DNA from: an uncultured Fibrobacteraceae bacterium
GTDB taxonomy: Bacteria; Krumholzibacteriota; Krumholzibacteriia; LZORAL124-64-63
Assembly: GCA_964646035.1 (NCBI GenBank)
Contig: CAZYDJ010000001.1
Span: forward strand, 7,346-71,345
Length of the DNA stretch: 64,000 bases
Direction: 5' to 3'
Below are positions 36,485-45,304 of this stretch, one piece after another. How positions within the stretch are numbered: the first letter of the stretch is position 1; each line of letters starts with the position of its first letter. The notes under the pieces were generated by a model that was not told where the DNA came from, searched no databases, and worked only from the letters and a program-made list of their open reading frames with translations. The translations under genes were made by a program, and so were the position numbers.

Positions 36485-37450
36485 TCATTTGCGCAGGAAA
36501 CTTCCGTTCGAGCCGGTCGCATTTTCGGGGGAATCGGATTCGAGCCAGCTCTCGGCCCGGGGGATGTCGCTGAGATGGTCGTCGAGGAACGCGATCATGG
36601 TCTGAAGGGTAAGTTCATGACGTTCGCCGCCGATCGTCCGCCACCAGCGACCGGGCCGACTCGGCAGCTCTTCGCCGCATTCGGCGCCGCGCAGGCTCAA
36701 ATGGTATTTATGGCCGTCCGGCAGATTCATGAAAGGGATGCATCCCCATCCTTCAGACTGACCTTCGGAGCTCCGGGGAGGCTCGCCGCCGACGGTCAGC
36801 ACCGGGATGCGGACCCTGTCCCACGACCAGCCCGCGGCGGCTGCGGTATCGGCCGGCGGGGGCGCCACCGCCACCGCCGCACGCACGCGCATATCCCTTA
36901 GACTCGACCATTTGCCGCCTTCGACGGCGGCCACCTGGCCGGCCATGTCCAGCACGGCTCCCGCGCCGCAGCCGCAGCCGGCGACCCCGACGTTGATCCG
37001 GTCGACCCTGCCTCGCAGCAGGGCAATTCCCTGATCTCGGGCCAGCAGATTATCCAAGGCGAAGGAAAGGTCTCCGGAGCGGAGCGTACGGCATTCGTTC
37101 GGGTCTTTCGGCATGTCGGGATGCCCGACGACGGCGCAGATATAGCCATGGGCGCTCAGATATTGAACGACGTCACCGAGGGATCCTTCGCGGCCTTCCT
37201 TATCCGGGGAAAAGACGACGACGGGGCAGAGAGGATATTCCGAAGCATCGACCGGAACATGGATCCGGACCGGCACATCGCGCCCGCGAACCTCGTCACG
37301 CCATTCCACGTCGGCGATGACCGTGGATACCGCCTTCCGGGAAGGCTCGTAGGAGTAATCGCCGCCGGCGCGGGCATCACGGCATAACCCGACCGAGAGC
37401 AGCACTGCCCCCAGAGCGATAATGGTCAGGATGCGGCGAGCCGGCGCCAT
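36485..37450 (-). CDS. secreted alpha/beta-hydrolase fold protein (dienelactone hydrolase/chlorophyllase-like), hypothetical
   Basis: It has a signal peptide (MAPARRILTIIALGAVLLSVGLC), a nucleophile-elbow-like GHSxG variant (VVGHPDM) and a DGHKYH motif. The start is taken at M17 of the listed ORF. Confidence 0.5.
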   Translation of the reverse strand: MAPARRILTIIALGAVLLSVGLCRDARAGGDYSYEPSRKAVSTVIADVEWRDEVRGRDVPVRIHVPVDASEYPLCPVVVFSPDKEGREGSLGDVVQYLSAHGYICAVVGHPDMPKDPNECRTLRSGDLSFALDNLLARDQGIALLRGRVDRINVGVAGCGCGAGAVLDMAGQVAAVEGGKWSSLRDMRVRAAVAVAPPPADTAAAAGWSWDRVRIPVLTVGGEPPRSSEGQSEGWGCIPFMNLPDGHKYHLSLRGAECGEELPSRPGRWWRTIGGERHELTLQTMIAFLDDHLSDIPRAESWLESDSPENATGSNGSFLRK

Positions 37451-37611
37451 TGGACCCCCTTCACTATCCATTCCCCCACAACGCGTCCCTTCCGTCAAGG
37501 CAGGTGTTGCAAGTTGCGGACCCCGTTTTCGTTGCTTTGCGACTATGGCCGGAAACTGTAACCTCTGGCCGAACCCGTCGTCTCAGGATGCGGAGACCCA
37601 AGGAGGGAGCC

Positions 37612-38229
37612 GTGACCGACCAGGACAGCGCCGTCATCCAGTCCGTTCTCGACGGTAACGTCGAGGCCTTCCGCCATCTGGTGGCGAGGCATCAGGGCCG
37701 GTTGTTCACCATCCTGCTGAGGATGGTCGGCGACGAGCAGGAAGCCGAGGACCTGGCCCAGGCGACATTCGTCAAGGCCTACCGATCGCTGGCCTCCTTC
37801 CGCGGCGACTCGTCCTTCGGCACCTGGCTGGTCCAGATCGGGATCCACGCCTGCCGGGATTGTCTGCGCCGCCGGATGCGCGATAAGGAGCGGGGAACAG
37901 TCTCCCTGGATTCGGTGATCGACCGGAGGGGCGATGCCGCGGAGCCGGCCGATCCCGGCACCACCGGCGACGCCAGGCCGGAAATCGAGAGGCGGGAGGA
38001 CGCAGCGCTGCTGCGAGACGCGATGGCGGAACTGCCTCCGGAATACCGGCTGGTGCTGGTGTTGAAGCACCTGGAGGAATGGCCCTTCTCCCGGATCGCC
38101 GAGTTCACCGGCGACAGCGTCGGCACGCTGAAGGTCAGAGCGCATCGGGCCAGACGAATGCTGCGGGAAAAGCTCGTGGCAATTGGTCCTGAAGATGGGA
38201 ATCGGGAAACGGAGAACCATCATGAATGA
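37612..38229 (+). CDS. RNA polymerase sigma-70 factor, ECF subfamily
   Basis: The GTG start has a strong AAGGAGGGAG RBS. Sigma region 2 (FRHLVARHQGRLFTILLRMVGDEQEAEDLAQATFVKAY) and region 4 (LPPEYRLVLVLKHLEEWPFSRIAEFTGDSVGTLKVRAHRAR) are present. Confidence 0.85.
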   Translation: MTDQDSAVIQSVLDGNVEAFRHLVARHQGRLFTILLRMVGDEQEAEDLAQATFVKAYRSLASFRGDSSFGTWLVQIGIHACRDCLRRRMRDKERGTVSLDSVIDRRGDAAEPADPGTTGDARPEIERREDAALLRDAMAELPPEYRLVLVLKHLEEWPFSRIAEFTGDSVGTLKVRAHRARRMLREKLVAIGPEDGNRETENHHE

Positions 38230-38896
38230 CGAAAAACTGATCTCCCGCTACCTGGACGGCGAACTCGGAACCGAAGAGGCGGAACTCCTTTTCGAAAGAA
38301 TCGAGAGCGACCCGTCCCTCGAGCGGAAGCTGCGGTCATTCGAACGGATCCTGGCCGAAGTCGGACGCGAATCCTCCCCCCCGGAAGGATTCACCGACAG
38401 GGTCATGGCCGAAGTGCGCGGCGCCGCCCTGGCCGACAAGAACCGCAGGCTGTCCTGGTCACTCCGAGTGGCCATCGCGGCTTCGATCGCGATCGTATTC
38501 GGCTTGGGCTGGATCAGCGGCCGGTCCGGACCTCCCCGGGACACGGCTTCCGGGATGGATTCGCCGGTCGCCATGCGCCTCTCCGCCCCCGGCGTGACGC
38601 CCGCGGGATTCACCGGCAGCGGCGAAGGCATGCACCTGGTGCGCCTGGTCTATCTGCCCCGCGGCGAGGATGTCCAGCAGGTCGCCGTGGCCGGATCCTT
38701 CAACGGATGGAACCCCGAAAATTCGCCGATGCGGCAGGAAGGCGGGGCCTGGGTGGCCATGATTCCGCTGCCGACCGCAGTGCACGAGTATATGTTCGTG
38801 GTGGATGGAGCCTCGTGGGTCGCCGACCCTCTGGCGGCCCAGCAAAGGAATGATGGATTTGGCAACACGAACTCGGTCATCGATCTCACGCTGTAG
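38222..38896 (+). CDS. anti-sigma factor (N-terminal anti-sigma helix, one TM, periplasmic CBM48/AMPK-glycogen-binding-like domain)
   Basis: It starts MNDEKLISRYLDGELGTEEAELLFERIESDP and overlaps the ECF sigma stop by 8 nt. It has a TM segment AIAASIAIVFGLGWI. The C-terminus VAVAGSFNGWNPENSPMRQEGGAWVAMIPLPTAVHEYMFVVDGASWVADP matches the CBM48/E-set glycogen-binding signature. Confidence 0.7.
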   Translation: MNDEKLISRYLDGELGTEEAELLFERIESDPSLERKLRSFERILAEVGRESSPPEGFTDRVMAEVRGAALADKNRRLSWSLRVAIAASIAIVFGLGWISGRSGPPRDTASGMDSPVAMRLSAPGVTPAGFTGSGEGMHLVRLVYLPRGEDVQQVAVAGSFNGWNPENSPMRQEGGAWVAMIPLPTAVHEYMFVVDGASWVADPLAAQQRNDGFGNTNSVIDLTL

Positions 38897-38930
38897 GACC
38901 AGGCGCCGTTCATTCTGCTACCGTACCTCC

Positions 38931-40157
38931 ATGGGCTCTTTGGCGGTCGCGATTTTGTTCTTGAGCGGCGCCGCTCCTTGTCCGGCCTCCGAGTGGCGGC
39001 CCTGGATTTCGGTAGGCGGCGGGCACGAAAGCGATATCATCCTTACCGGGACGCCCGATCGCGCGGTCGTGGCCGGGGGCTCGTTTTCCGATATCTCGGG
39101 CGGCTTCACGATCGACGAGGAACTCTCCCCCGCCGTGGATTTCACCGGCGGCGCCCGTTCATTCCTGGAAAAATTCTTCAACGCCGACGGCAGGCTGATG
39201 CACGGCGAAAGCATCTGGGCCGAGACCCGATTCGCGGGTCGCGGCGCCTTCCGGATGCGGCTATCCGGAGGCGGCGATTTCTTCAATGATTCGCAGCGGC
39301 CGCAGTCCCGGCGATTGGGCGGCCATCTCGGCGCAGCCGTCGGGGCCGGAGGCGCGGGCTGGCGGCTGGAGACCTTCGGCGGCCTGGAGGGACGACGCTA
39401 TCCGCGGCTGGATTCCAACGATGAATCCGGCGCGACCGGCACCTATACCGAAAACGGCTGGAACGCCGGCGTTTCGGGAATGGCGCGGCCGGTCGCCGCA
39501 ACCTATGTCCGGGCCACCTTCACCCACAGCGATGTGGATGCCCGGGATCCCTGGTACGACTCCGGCGGCAACACCGCTTCCGCCGACGCCTGGTTTCGGG
39601 TTCGCGACGGTTTCTGGCTGAGCTGCCGGGGCCTCTATCAACGACGTGAATTCGACCAGAGACCGGCAGGCGTCGATACCGACGACTACCTGCTGGCCGG
39701 ATGCGGCATCGAGACTTCGCCCGCCGCCGGTCTGCGCCTCTCGCTGCGCTACGCGTTCTCACGCTACGAACCGACCGCCGGCGACGATGTGGACAGCCAC
39801 CGTTTCGCCGCCGCCCTGACCTGGCGGCCCCGGCTCGAAGCTCCCGCTCCCATCGAAAGATTCGAGCCCCTCGTCCGCCCCCGCGCCGGTTCAGCTCATC
39901 TGTTCCGTCTGCACGCTCCGGGAGCCGGGCGCGTGTCGGTGGCCGGATCCTTCAACGGATGGGACGCGGAGGCCGATCCCATGACCCGGACCGCCGGCGG
40001 CTGGTGGGAAACAGCCATTCCGCTGGCCGCCGGATCACATCAATACATCTATGTCGTCGACGGTCAGGCAACGATTCCACCCGAGGCCGAAGCCGTTACC
40101 GATGACGGATTCGGCGGCGAAAACGGCGTCCTGCACGTTCTGCCGGCGGAGCTGTAA
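38931..40157 (+). CDS. secreted/outer-membrane hypothetical protein ending in a second CBM48/AMPK-GBD-like domain
   Basis: It has a signal peptide (MGSLAVAILFLSGAAPCPASEW). The central region has beta-strand-rich alternating hydrophobicity. The C-terminus VSVAGSFNGWDAEADPMTRTAGGWWETAIPLAAGSHQYIYVVDG is homologous to the anti-sigma C-terminal domain. Confidence 0.5.
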   Translation: MGSLAVAILFLSGAAPCPASEWRPWISVGGGHESDIILTGTPDRAVVAGGSFSDISGGFTIDEELSPAVDFTGGARSFLEKFFNADGRLMHGESIWAETRFAGRGAFRMRLSGGGDFFNDSQRPQSRRLGGHLGAAVGAGGAGWRLETFGGLEGRRYPRLDSNDESGATGTYTENGWNAGVSGMARPVAATYVRATFTHSDVDARDPWYDSGGNTASADAWFRVRDGFWLSCRGLYQRREFDQRPAGVDTDDYLLAGCGIETSPAAGLRLSLRYAFSRYEPTAGDDVDSHRFAAALTWRPRLEAPAPIERFEPLVRPRAGSAHLFRLHAPGAGRVSVAGSFNGWDAEADPMTRTAGGWWETAIPLAAGSHQYIYVVDGQATIPPEAEAVTDDGFGGENGVLHVLPAEL

Positions 40158-40245
40158 CCTAAGGTCCCGGCCGGCGTCTCAGGTGATGTTCACGGGAAGA
40201 CTGTCGAGCCCTCGGCTTCCCTACAAAAAACACGGAGGAGTTCCG

Positions 40246-41310
40246 ATGAAAACCATCATCAGCAAGAAGTTCTTCCTGGCCGTAATGCTCGTGGGAATGG
40301 CCGCAATGGCCCTCTCGATCCCCACGGCCGCAATGGCCCAGGACACCCCCGACGATCCCGATCAGACCCGGACCCGTCTGCGTTCACACCTTATGGAATG
40401 CATCGAAGGCGACCAGGCGCTACAGAACCAGGAACGGATTCGGATGCGTGAGAACCTCGAACAGGGGTTGGAATGCGGGTTGAGCGGCGCCGATCTCGAA
40501 ACGCTGTTCGGCGAAGGCGAGCTGACCAAGCTGCAGACCAAGACCAGACTACGTATCCAGGAACGGATCATCCAATCGGCCGCTGAAGATCTTCCGGTGG
40601 AGCCGGTGATGGACAAGCTGCGTGAAGGAGCCATGAAGGGCGCCGGCGACCAGGCTCTCGAAAACGCCTGCGAGCGGATGGAGAATCACGTCCGGACCGC
40701 CAACAAGGTGATGACAGGAATCGCGGCGGACGGCGTCGAAGCTCCCGCCGATCCCGAACAGGCCCGCAAGATCGTGCGCGAAACGGCCCGCAACATGTGG
40801 CGGGGACTGGGCGAAGACAGCCTCGATCAGCTTTGCGAACAGGCGCGCAAAAGGGCGCGCGACCAGAGCTGCACCCAGGAAGATCTGGCTGCGGCCTGCG
40901 AGACTGCGACCCAGTTGCAGGAGCGCGGCGTGAACAGCGAACGGGCCGTGAACATGGCCGGCGAGGCTCTGCGCAACGGATATTCCGTCCAGCAGATGAG
41001 TCAGATCCGGGCCTCGGTGGCTACCCAGGCCATGAGCGGTCGCGATGTCGATGAATTGGCCGGCGAGATGGAACGCTGCATCAACGAAGGCATGGGCGCC
41101 GGCGAAATGATTCAGCACATGGTCCAGTCCGGCTGGATGGGACCCGAAGGCGCGATGGGACCCGGCGGTCATAACCCCATCGACGACATCGGCGGCGGCC
41201 CCGGCGACGGCGGCATCGGTGACGGCGGCTCCGGCGACATGGGCGGCGGCTCCGGCGACGGCTCCGGCGACGGCTCCGGTGACGGCGGCCCCGGCTCCGG
41301 CAATCAGTAG
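40246..41310 (+). CDS. secreted alpha-helical hypothetical protein with a Gly/Asp/Ser-rich low-complexity C-terminal tail
   Basis: An ACGGAGGAG RBS precedes the signal peptide MKTIISKKFFLAVMLVGMAAMALSIPTAAMA. The C-terminus is GDGGIGDGGSGDMGGGSGDGSGDGSGDGGPGSGNQ. Confidence 0.5.
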   Translation: MKTIISKKFFLAVMLVGMAAMALSIPTAAMAQDTPDDPDQTRTRLRSHLMECIEGDQALQNQERIRMRENLEQGLECGLSGADLETLFGEGELTKLQTKTRLRIQERIIQSAAEDLPVEPVMDKLREGAMKGAGDQALENACERMENHVRTANKVMTGIAADGVEAPADPEQARKIVRETARNMWRGLGEDSLDQLCEQARKRARDQSCTQEDLAAACETATQLQERGVNSERAVNMAGEALRNGYSVQQMSQIRASVATQAMSGRDVDELAGEMERCINEGMGAGEMIQHMVQSGWMGPEGAMGPGGHNPIDDIGGGPGDGGIGDGGSGDMGGGSGDGSGDGSGDGGPGSGNQ

Positions 41311-41341
41311 CTCCTGTTCCCTATCGGAACCCGAGTCAAAA

Positions 41342-41369
41342 ACGGCCCTCCCGATATCGGGAGGGCCGT
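41342..41369. terminator. bidirectional intrinsic terminator (perfect 14-bp palindromic hairpin ACGGCCCTCCCGAT/ATCGGGAGGGCCGT flanked by A-run and T-run)
   Basis: It lies between the convergent genes 40246..41310(+) and mscS(-). The inverted repeat was read directly. Confidence 0.65.
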
Positions 41370-41399
41370 CTTCATTTGCGCGAGGCTTCAGCGAAAGAT

Positions 41400-42215
41400 C
41401 TAATCCACGGAGGGCTGATGGACCATGATCTGCGGGAACGGGATCTCGACGCCCTCGCGGTCGAACGCCTCCTTGACCGCCCGGGTGAATTCGAACTTCA
41501 GGGCCCAGTAATCGGCCTTGTTCACCCAGGGACGCACAACGAGATTCACGCTCGAGTCGGCCAGCTCGCTGACGGCTATCTGCGGGGCCGGATCCTTCAG
41601 CACGCGCTGATCCGAATCCAGCAACTCCTGCATGATCCTCACCGCGCTCCCGATATCCGAGCCGTATCCGATTCCGATCACCATATCGACCCGGCGGGTA
41701 TCCTCGGCGGTGATGTTCTTGATGGTGTCGCCGAAGATCTTCCCGTTGGGCACCATCACCCTGATGTTGTCCGGGGTCATCATGACGGTCGTGAAGAGGT
41801 TCAGCTCGCGCACCGTGCCGGCGGCTCCTCCCGCCTCGATGAAATCACCGACCCGGAAAGGCCGGAACAGCAGCAGCATCACGCCGGCCGCGAAGTTGGA
41901 CAGGGAGCCCTGGAGAGCGAATCCGACCGCGAAACCCGCGGCGCCGAGAACCGCCACCAGCGACGCCGTCTCCACCCCGAAGTTGCCCAAAGCCGACATG
42001 ATGGCGAAGATCAGGATCAGCCAGTAGGCCAGACTGGCGACGAAGCTGATGATCGCCTGATCCGTGTCCCTTTTGCCCAGCACCCTGCGCACCATGCTCC
42101 GGGCCCATCCGGCGACCATGCGGCCGATGATCAGTACGACAATCGCCCCGACCACCTTGATGCCGTATCCGGTCGCGAAATCTATCAGCGCCTGCATCAG
42201 ATTATCCAATGTCAT
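41400..42215 (-). CDS. mscS: small-conductance mechanosensitive channel
   Basis: A 271-aa ORF with three TM helices and the MscS beta-domain motifs (GTVRELNLFTTVMMTPDNIRVMVPNGKIF). Confidence 0.88.
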   Translation of the reverse strand: MTLDNLMQALIDFATGYGIKVVGAIVVLIIGRMVAGWARSMVRRVLGKRDTDQAIISFVASLAYWLILIFAIMSALGNFGVETASLVAVLGAAGFAVGFALQGSLSNFAAGVMLLLFRPFRVGDFIEAGGAAGTVRELNLFTTVMMTPDNIRVMVPNGKIFGDTIKNITAEDTRRVDMVIGIGYGSDIGSAVRIMQELLDSDQRVLKDPAPQIAVSELADSSVNLVVRPWVNKADYWALKFEFTRAVKEAFDREGVEIPFPQIMVHQPSVD

Positions 42216-42221
42216 CCTCCC

Positions 42222-43082
42222 CTAGAACAGCTTGTAGGTAACTCCCAGGCCCAGCGCTTGGCGATAGCGGCCTTGGCGCGTGATTTCCTCGTCGTATAGG
42301 AATTCCACGAAAAGAGTGGTCTGGATGTATTTCGAGATGGACGCCGAAAGGGTGGTTTCCCAGGCGACATCCGTACTCTGCCAGTAATCCTCGTTGACCA
42401 GTCCCTCCAGCTCGTCCGAGACGGAGCTGAAGAAGGCCTGGAAGACCCTGAGCTTGGATTCCACTTTCAGGTCCCCGTCCGCGCCGAAAGTGCGACTGAA
42501 ATCAGTCACCCATTCGAGTCCGCCGGAGGTCCTGCCCTTGACCCGATACGCCAGGTCCTGGCGCAGGGCGAAGCCGATGCGGGTGAACAACTCGCCCAGG
42601 TCGTCCTTCATTATCTGATGGCCGGCGCCCAGCGATTCGGTGATCGTGGCGGGAGTCAGCGGGTTGTTATCGCCGTCGTGGAACTGGCTGTCGAAAGTCA
42701 GCGCGGCGTACGGCTCGACGAACTTCTTCATGTCGAAGCGCAGCAACGATTCGAGGAAGATGCGGTCGGTGGATTTGACGGGTCCGGCCCAGTACTTGTC
42801 GCCGGCGGCGTCTATCTTTTCCTGGTGGGTCTGGCCGTAGGAAAGCTTGATCTCGTTCTTCCAGCCGATGGTCGCGGAAATGTTTTTCTCGGCGGTGATG
42901 TTGGTGATGGCCGTCCAGTTCATCGTTCCCAGTTCATCCCCCGCCCAGGAGTCGCTATAACTGCTCTGGTTGAAGTTCAGCCCCATGTCGGCGGACTTCT
43001 TCCACTCTGCGGCCCCGGCCACGCCGACGACAGTCAGAGACAACATCAAAACCATCAGGAACGCCTTGATACCAAGTCGCAT
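42222..43082 (-). CDS. DUF3078-like outer-membrane beta-barrel hypothetical protein
   Basis: It has a signal peptide (MRLGIKAFLMVLMLSLTVVGVAGA), alternating beta-strand pattern and a terminal aromatic residue (YKLF), typical of OM barrels. Confidence 0.5.
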   Translation of the reverse strand: MRLGIKAFLMVLMLSLTVVGVAGAAEWKKSADMGLNFNQSSYSDSWAGDELGTMNWTAITNITAEKNISATIGWKNEIKLSYGQTHQEKIDAAGDKYWAGPVKSTDRIFLESLLRFDMKKFVEPYAALTFDSQFHDGDNNPLTPATITESLGAGHQIMKDDLGELFTRIGFALRQDLAYRVKGRTSGGLEWVTDFSRTFGADGDLKVESKLRVFQAFFSSVSDELEGLVNEDYWQSTDVAWETTLSASISKYIQTTLFVEFLYDEEITRQGRYRQALGLGVTYKLF

Positions 43083-43318
43083 TTTCTTCCCTTTCTTCCG
43101 CAGTACTATCCCCATCGATTTGGGATCAGGAATGCGAAACGATAATGATCGATGGAAATTCAGGACGAGGTTCGGCGCCGCATATAGCGGATGAACACCC
43201 GGTTCGCCTAACCCATGGCGAACGGTGACATCCTATATGCTCTGCTGTTCGACGGCAAGAGCAGGTGATCGGGGCAGCGGGGAGGAGGCCGATCAACGCC
43301 AGCCCCCTCCCGGCGGAT

Positions 43319-43873
43319 CTAGTACATGGCCTTGATGCGGCCCCAGGTCGAATCCTGGTTCTCCACCAGCGTGTTGCCGATCAGACGGATCGCCCAGATA
43401 CCGGCTTCCTGCGCCGAGATCGCCAATCTGTCCGCTTCCGGCGGAGCGCTCAACGTGATCGTCTGGGCCAGCGTGGTCGTGCTCGAGGCGCTGCCGGACG
43501 GGGTCGCGCCGGTATAGAGAAACGCCCGGGTGCTGCCCGCCATGTGGGCCTCGTAGACGTCTATCTCCACCGAAGTGATCCCTTCGATGTTCGTGAGATC
43601 GACTTCGATGCGTCCGCCCATCACGTACGGCCCGGTCCCGGCGGAGACATCGACCCAGGTGACGATGCAGTAGCCGGCCCCGACCGCGTCCTCGGCCGTA
43701 GTGCTGACGTAGCACAGCATGCAATTGCCCTGTTGCCAGTCGACATCGCATACCGGCGGGTTCGGGCTCTGTGACAGATCGATGGTGATTGTCTCAGCCA
43801 GAGCGGGAACCGCCAAGGATGCCGACATCAGGACAATGACCAAGATCCCTGCCCATAAACGATTTGCAGACAT
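43319..43873 (-). CDS. secreted hypothetical protein
   Basis: A strong GGGGGAGG RBS precedes the signal peptide MSANRLWAGILVIVLMSASLAVPALA. The mature domain is Cys-containing. Confidence 0.5.
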   Translation of the reverse strand: MSANRLWAGILVIVLMSASLAVPALAETITIDLSQSPNPPVCDVDWQQGNCMLCYVSTTAEDAVGAGYCIVTWVDVSAGTGPYVMGGRIEVDLTNIEGITSVEIDVYEAHMAGSTRAFLYTGATPSGSASSTTTLAQTITLSAPPEADRLAISAQEAGIWAIRLIGNTLVENQDSTWGRIKAMY

Positions 43874-43996
43874 GACCTCCCCCTTCGGAAAATTAATCCG
43901 GAACCCAACGGTCATGTTCGGATGATATCACAAAATCAGATGGAATTTATAGATTATCAAAACCGACTGCAGCGACGACATCCGGCCGGAACGGAT

Positions 43997-45124
43997 TCAG
44001 ATCCCTCCGGTCTCCTTGCTGCGCCAGATATACCAGGTCGCCAGGGAACGGTAGGGACGCCACTTTTCGGCGGCTTTCTCGATGGTCGCGGTGTCCGGTT
44101 CGGCCGCCAGCCCGTAAAGCGCCTGGAATCCCTGTCGTAAGCCCAGATCGCCGACCGGCAACACGTCCAGGCGACCGAGATGGAAGATCAGGAACATCTC
44201 GGCCGACCAGCGGCCCAGGCCGCGCACCGCGGTCAACGATTCGATCACGGCCTCGTCGTCGAGGCGGGACAGCCGGGGCAGGTCCAGCCTGCCGTCGCCC
44301 ACCCGGGACGCCAGATCCCGCAAGTAGGAGATCTTGGGGAAGGATAGGCCGACGGAGCGCAGGTCGGTATCGGAGAGCGAATCCAATTCGCCGGGCGCGG
44401 GAAAACCGGGACCGGAGGTAAGAGAGATCACCCGGCCGGCTATGGTCGCCGCCGCCTTCATCGAAAGCTGCTGGTGAACGATGGATTCGACCAGAACGTC
44501 ATAGGGGTCGCCGGGAGGGCCCACCCGGGGCAGATAAGGCCCGGCCAGGTCGATGACCTGCCGCAAACGGCGATCGCATTGCCTGAGCTGGGCGATGCCG
44601 GCGGCGTGATCCGGATTCAGGACCACCCCCTCGGCGAAGAGCATCCTGGCCTTGAGCCGCGGACCGCCGGACGCTGAAAAACCGCCGAGGAATCTTTGCG
44701 CGGTGATCACGCGATGGCAGGGAACCACCATCGGCACCGGATTGGCCCCCATGGCCCCGCCGACGGCCCTGGCGGCGCCCGGGCTCCGACAGCGGGAAGC
44801 CAGTTCGCCGTATGTCGTCACTTCGCCGGGGTCGACGCGCCTCAGGGCGCGATAGACGCGGCGATAAAATGCGGGACAGCCGGAAAGGTCAACCGGGACG
44901 TCGCGCAGGTCGTCGGGACGGCCCGATAGATGGGCGACCACCCGGCGGATCAGCCGGCGGGCGGGCAACGGCGTACGTGGCGTCGCTTCCAGCCGCTCGG
45001 AAATCCTGGCGCGATCGTCCCCGGGCAGCAGGAACACGTCGATGCCGCCGCGGGTCCAGGCGAAAGCGCAACCGCCGATAGGCGTGTCGAAGACACAGGC
45101 TCCGGGCTTCTCTTGGCTGAACAT
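43997..45124 (-). CDS. bifunctional methylated-DNA-protein-cysteine methyltransferase (Ogt-like) / DNA-3-methyladenine glycosylase II (AlkA-like, HhH-GPD)
   Basis: The N-terminal half carries the MGMT active site PCHRV. The C-terminal half carries HhH-GPD-like motifs (LRSVGLSFPKISYLRDLA...GLGRWSAEMFL). Confidence 0.78.
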   Translation of the reverse strand: MFSQEKPGACVFDTPIGGCAFAWTRGGIDVFLLPGDDRARISERLEATPRTPLPARRLIRRVVAHLSGRPDDLRDVPVDLSGCPAFYRRVYRALRRVDPGEVTTYGELASRCRSPGAARAVGGAMGANPVPMVVPCHRVITAQRFLGGFSASGGPRLKARMLFAEGVVLNPDHAAGIAQLRQCDRRLRQVIDLAGPYLPRVGPPGDPYDVLVESIVHQQLSMKAAATIAGRVISLTSGPGFPAPGELDSLSDTDLRSVGLSFPKISYLRDLASRVGDGRLDLPRLSRLDDEAVIESLTAVRGLGRWSAEMFLIFHLGRLDVLPVGDLGLRQGFQALYGLAAEPDTATIEKAAEKWRPYRSLATWYIWRSKETGGI

Positions 45125-45304
45125 CGAACTCCCCGGGAAAACGCCCCGCCAAGGGGCCGTGATTCGTAGCTGGCATTATATCCGTCGGCCGCAATGAAGC
45201 CAATTTGTTGTTCAACGACAACGGCGAACATCCTATGATGGCGGGGATCGATCGCTCGCGACCTGGCGGGCAAATTCCATCTCGAATCCGACCGGAGAAC
45301 CGAA

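Noticed and set aside
41180-41300. A short-period nucleotide repeat (GGCGAC/GGCTCC units encoding GDGSG repeats). It was considered as a possible CRISPR or tandem repeat element.
   Set aside because: It lies inside a coding region. It is irregular and has no spacer/repeat architecture, so it is a low-complexity protein tail and not a CRISPR array.
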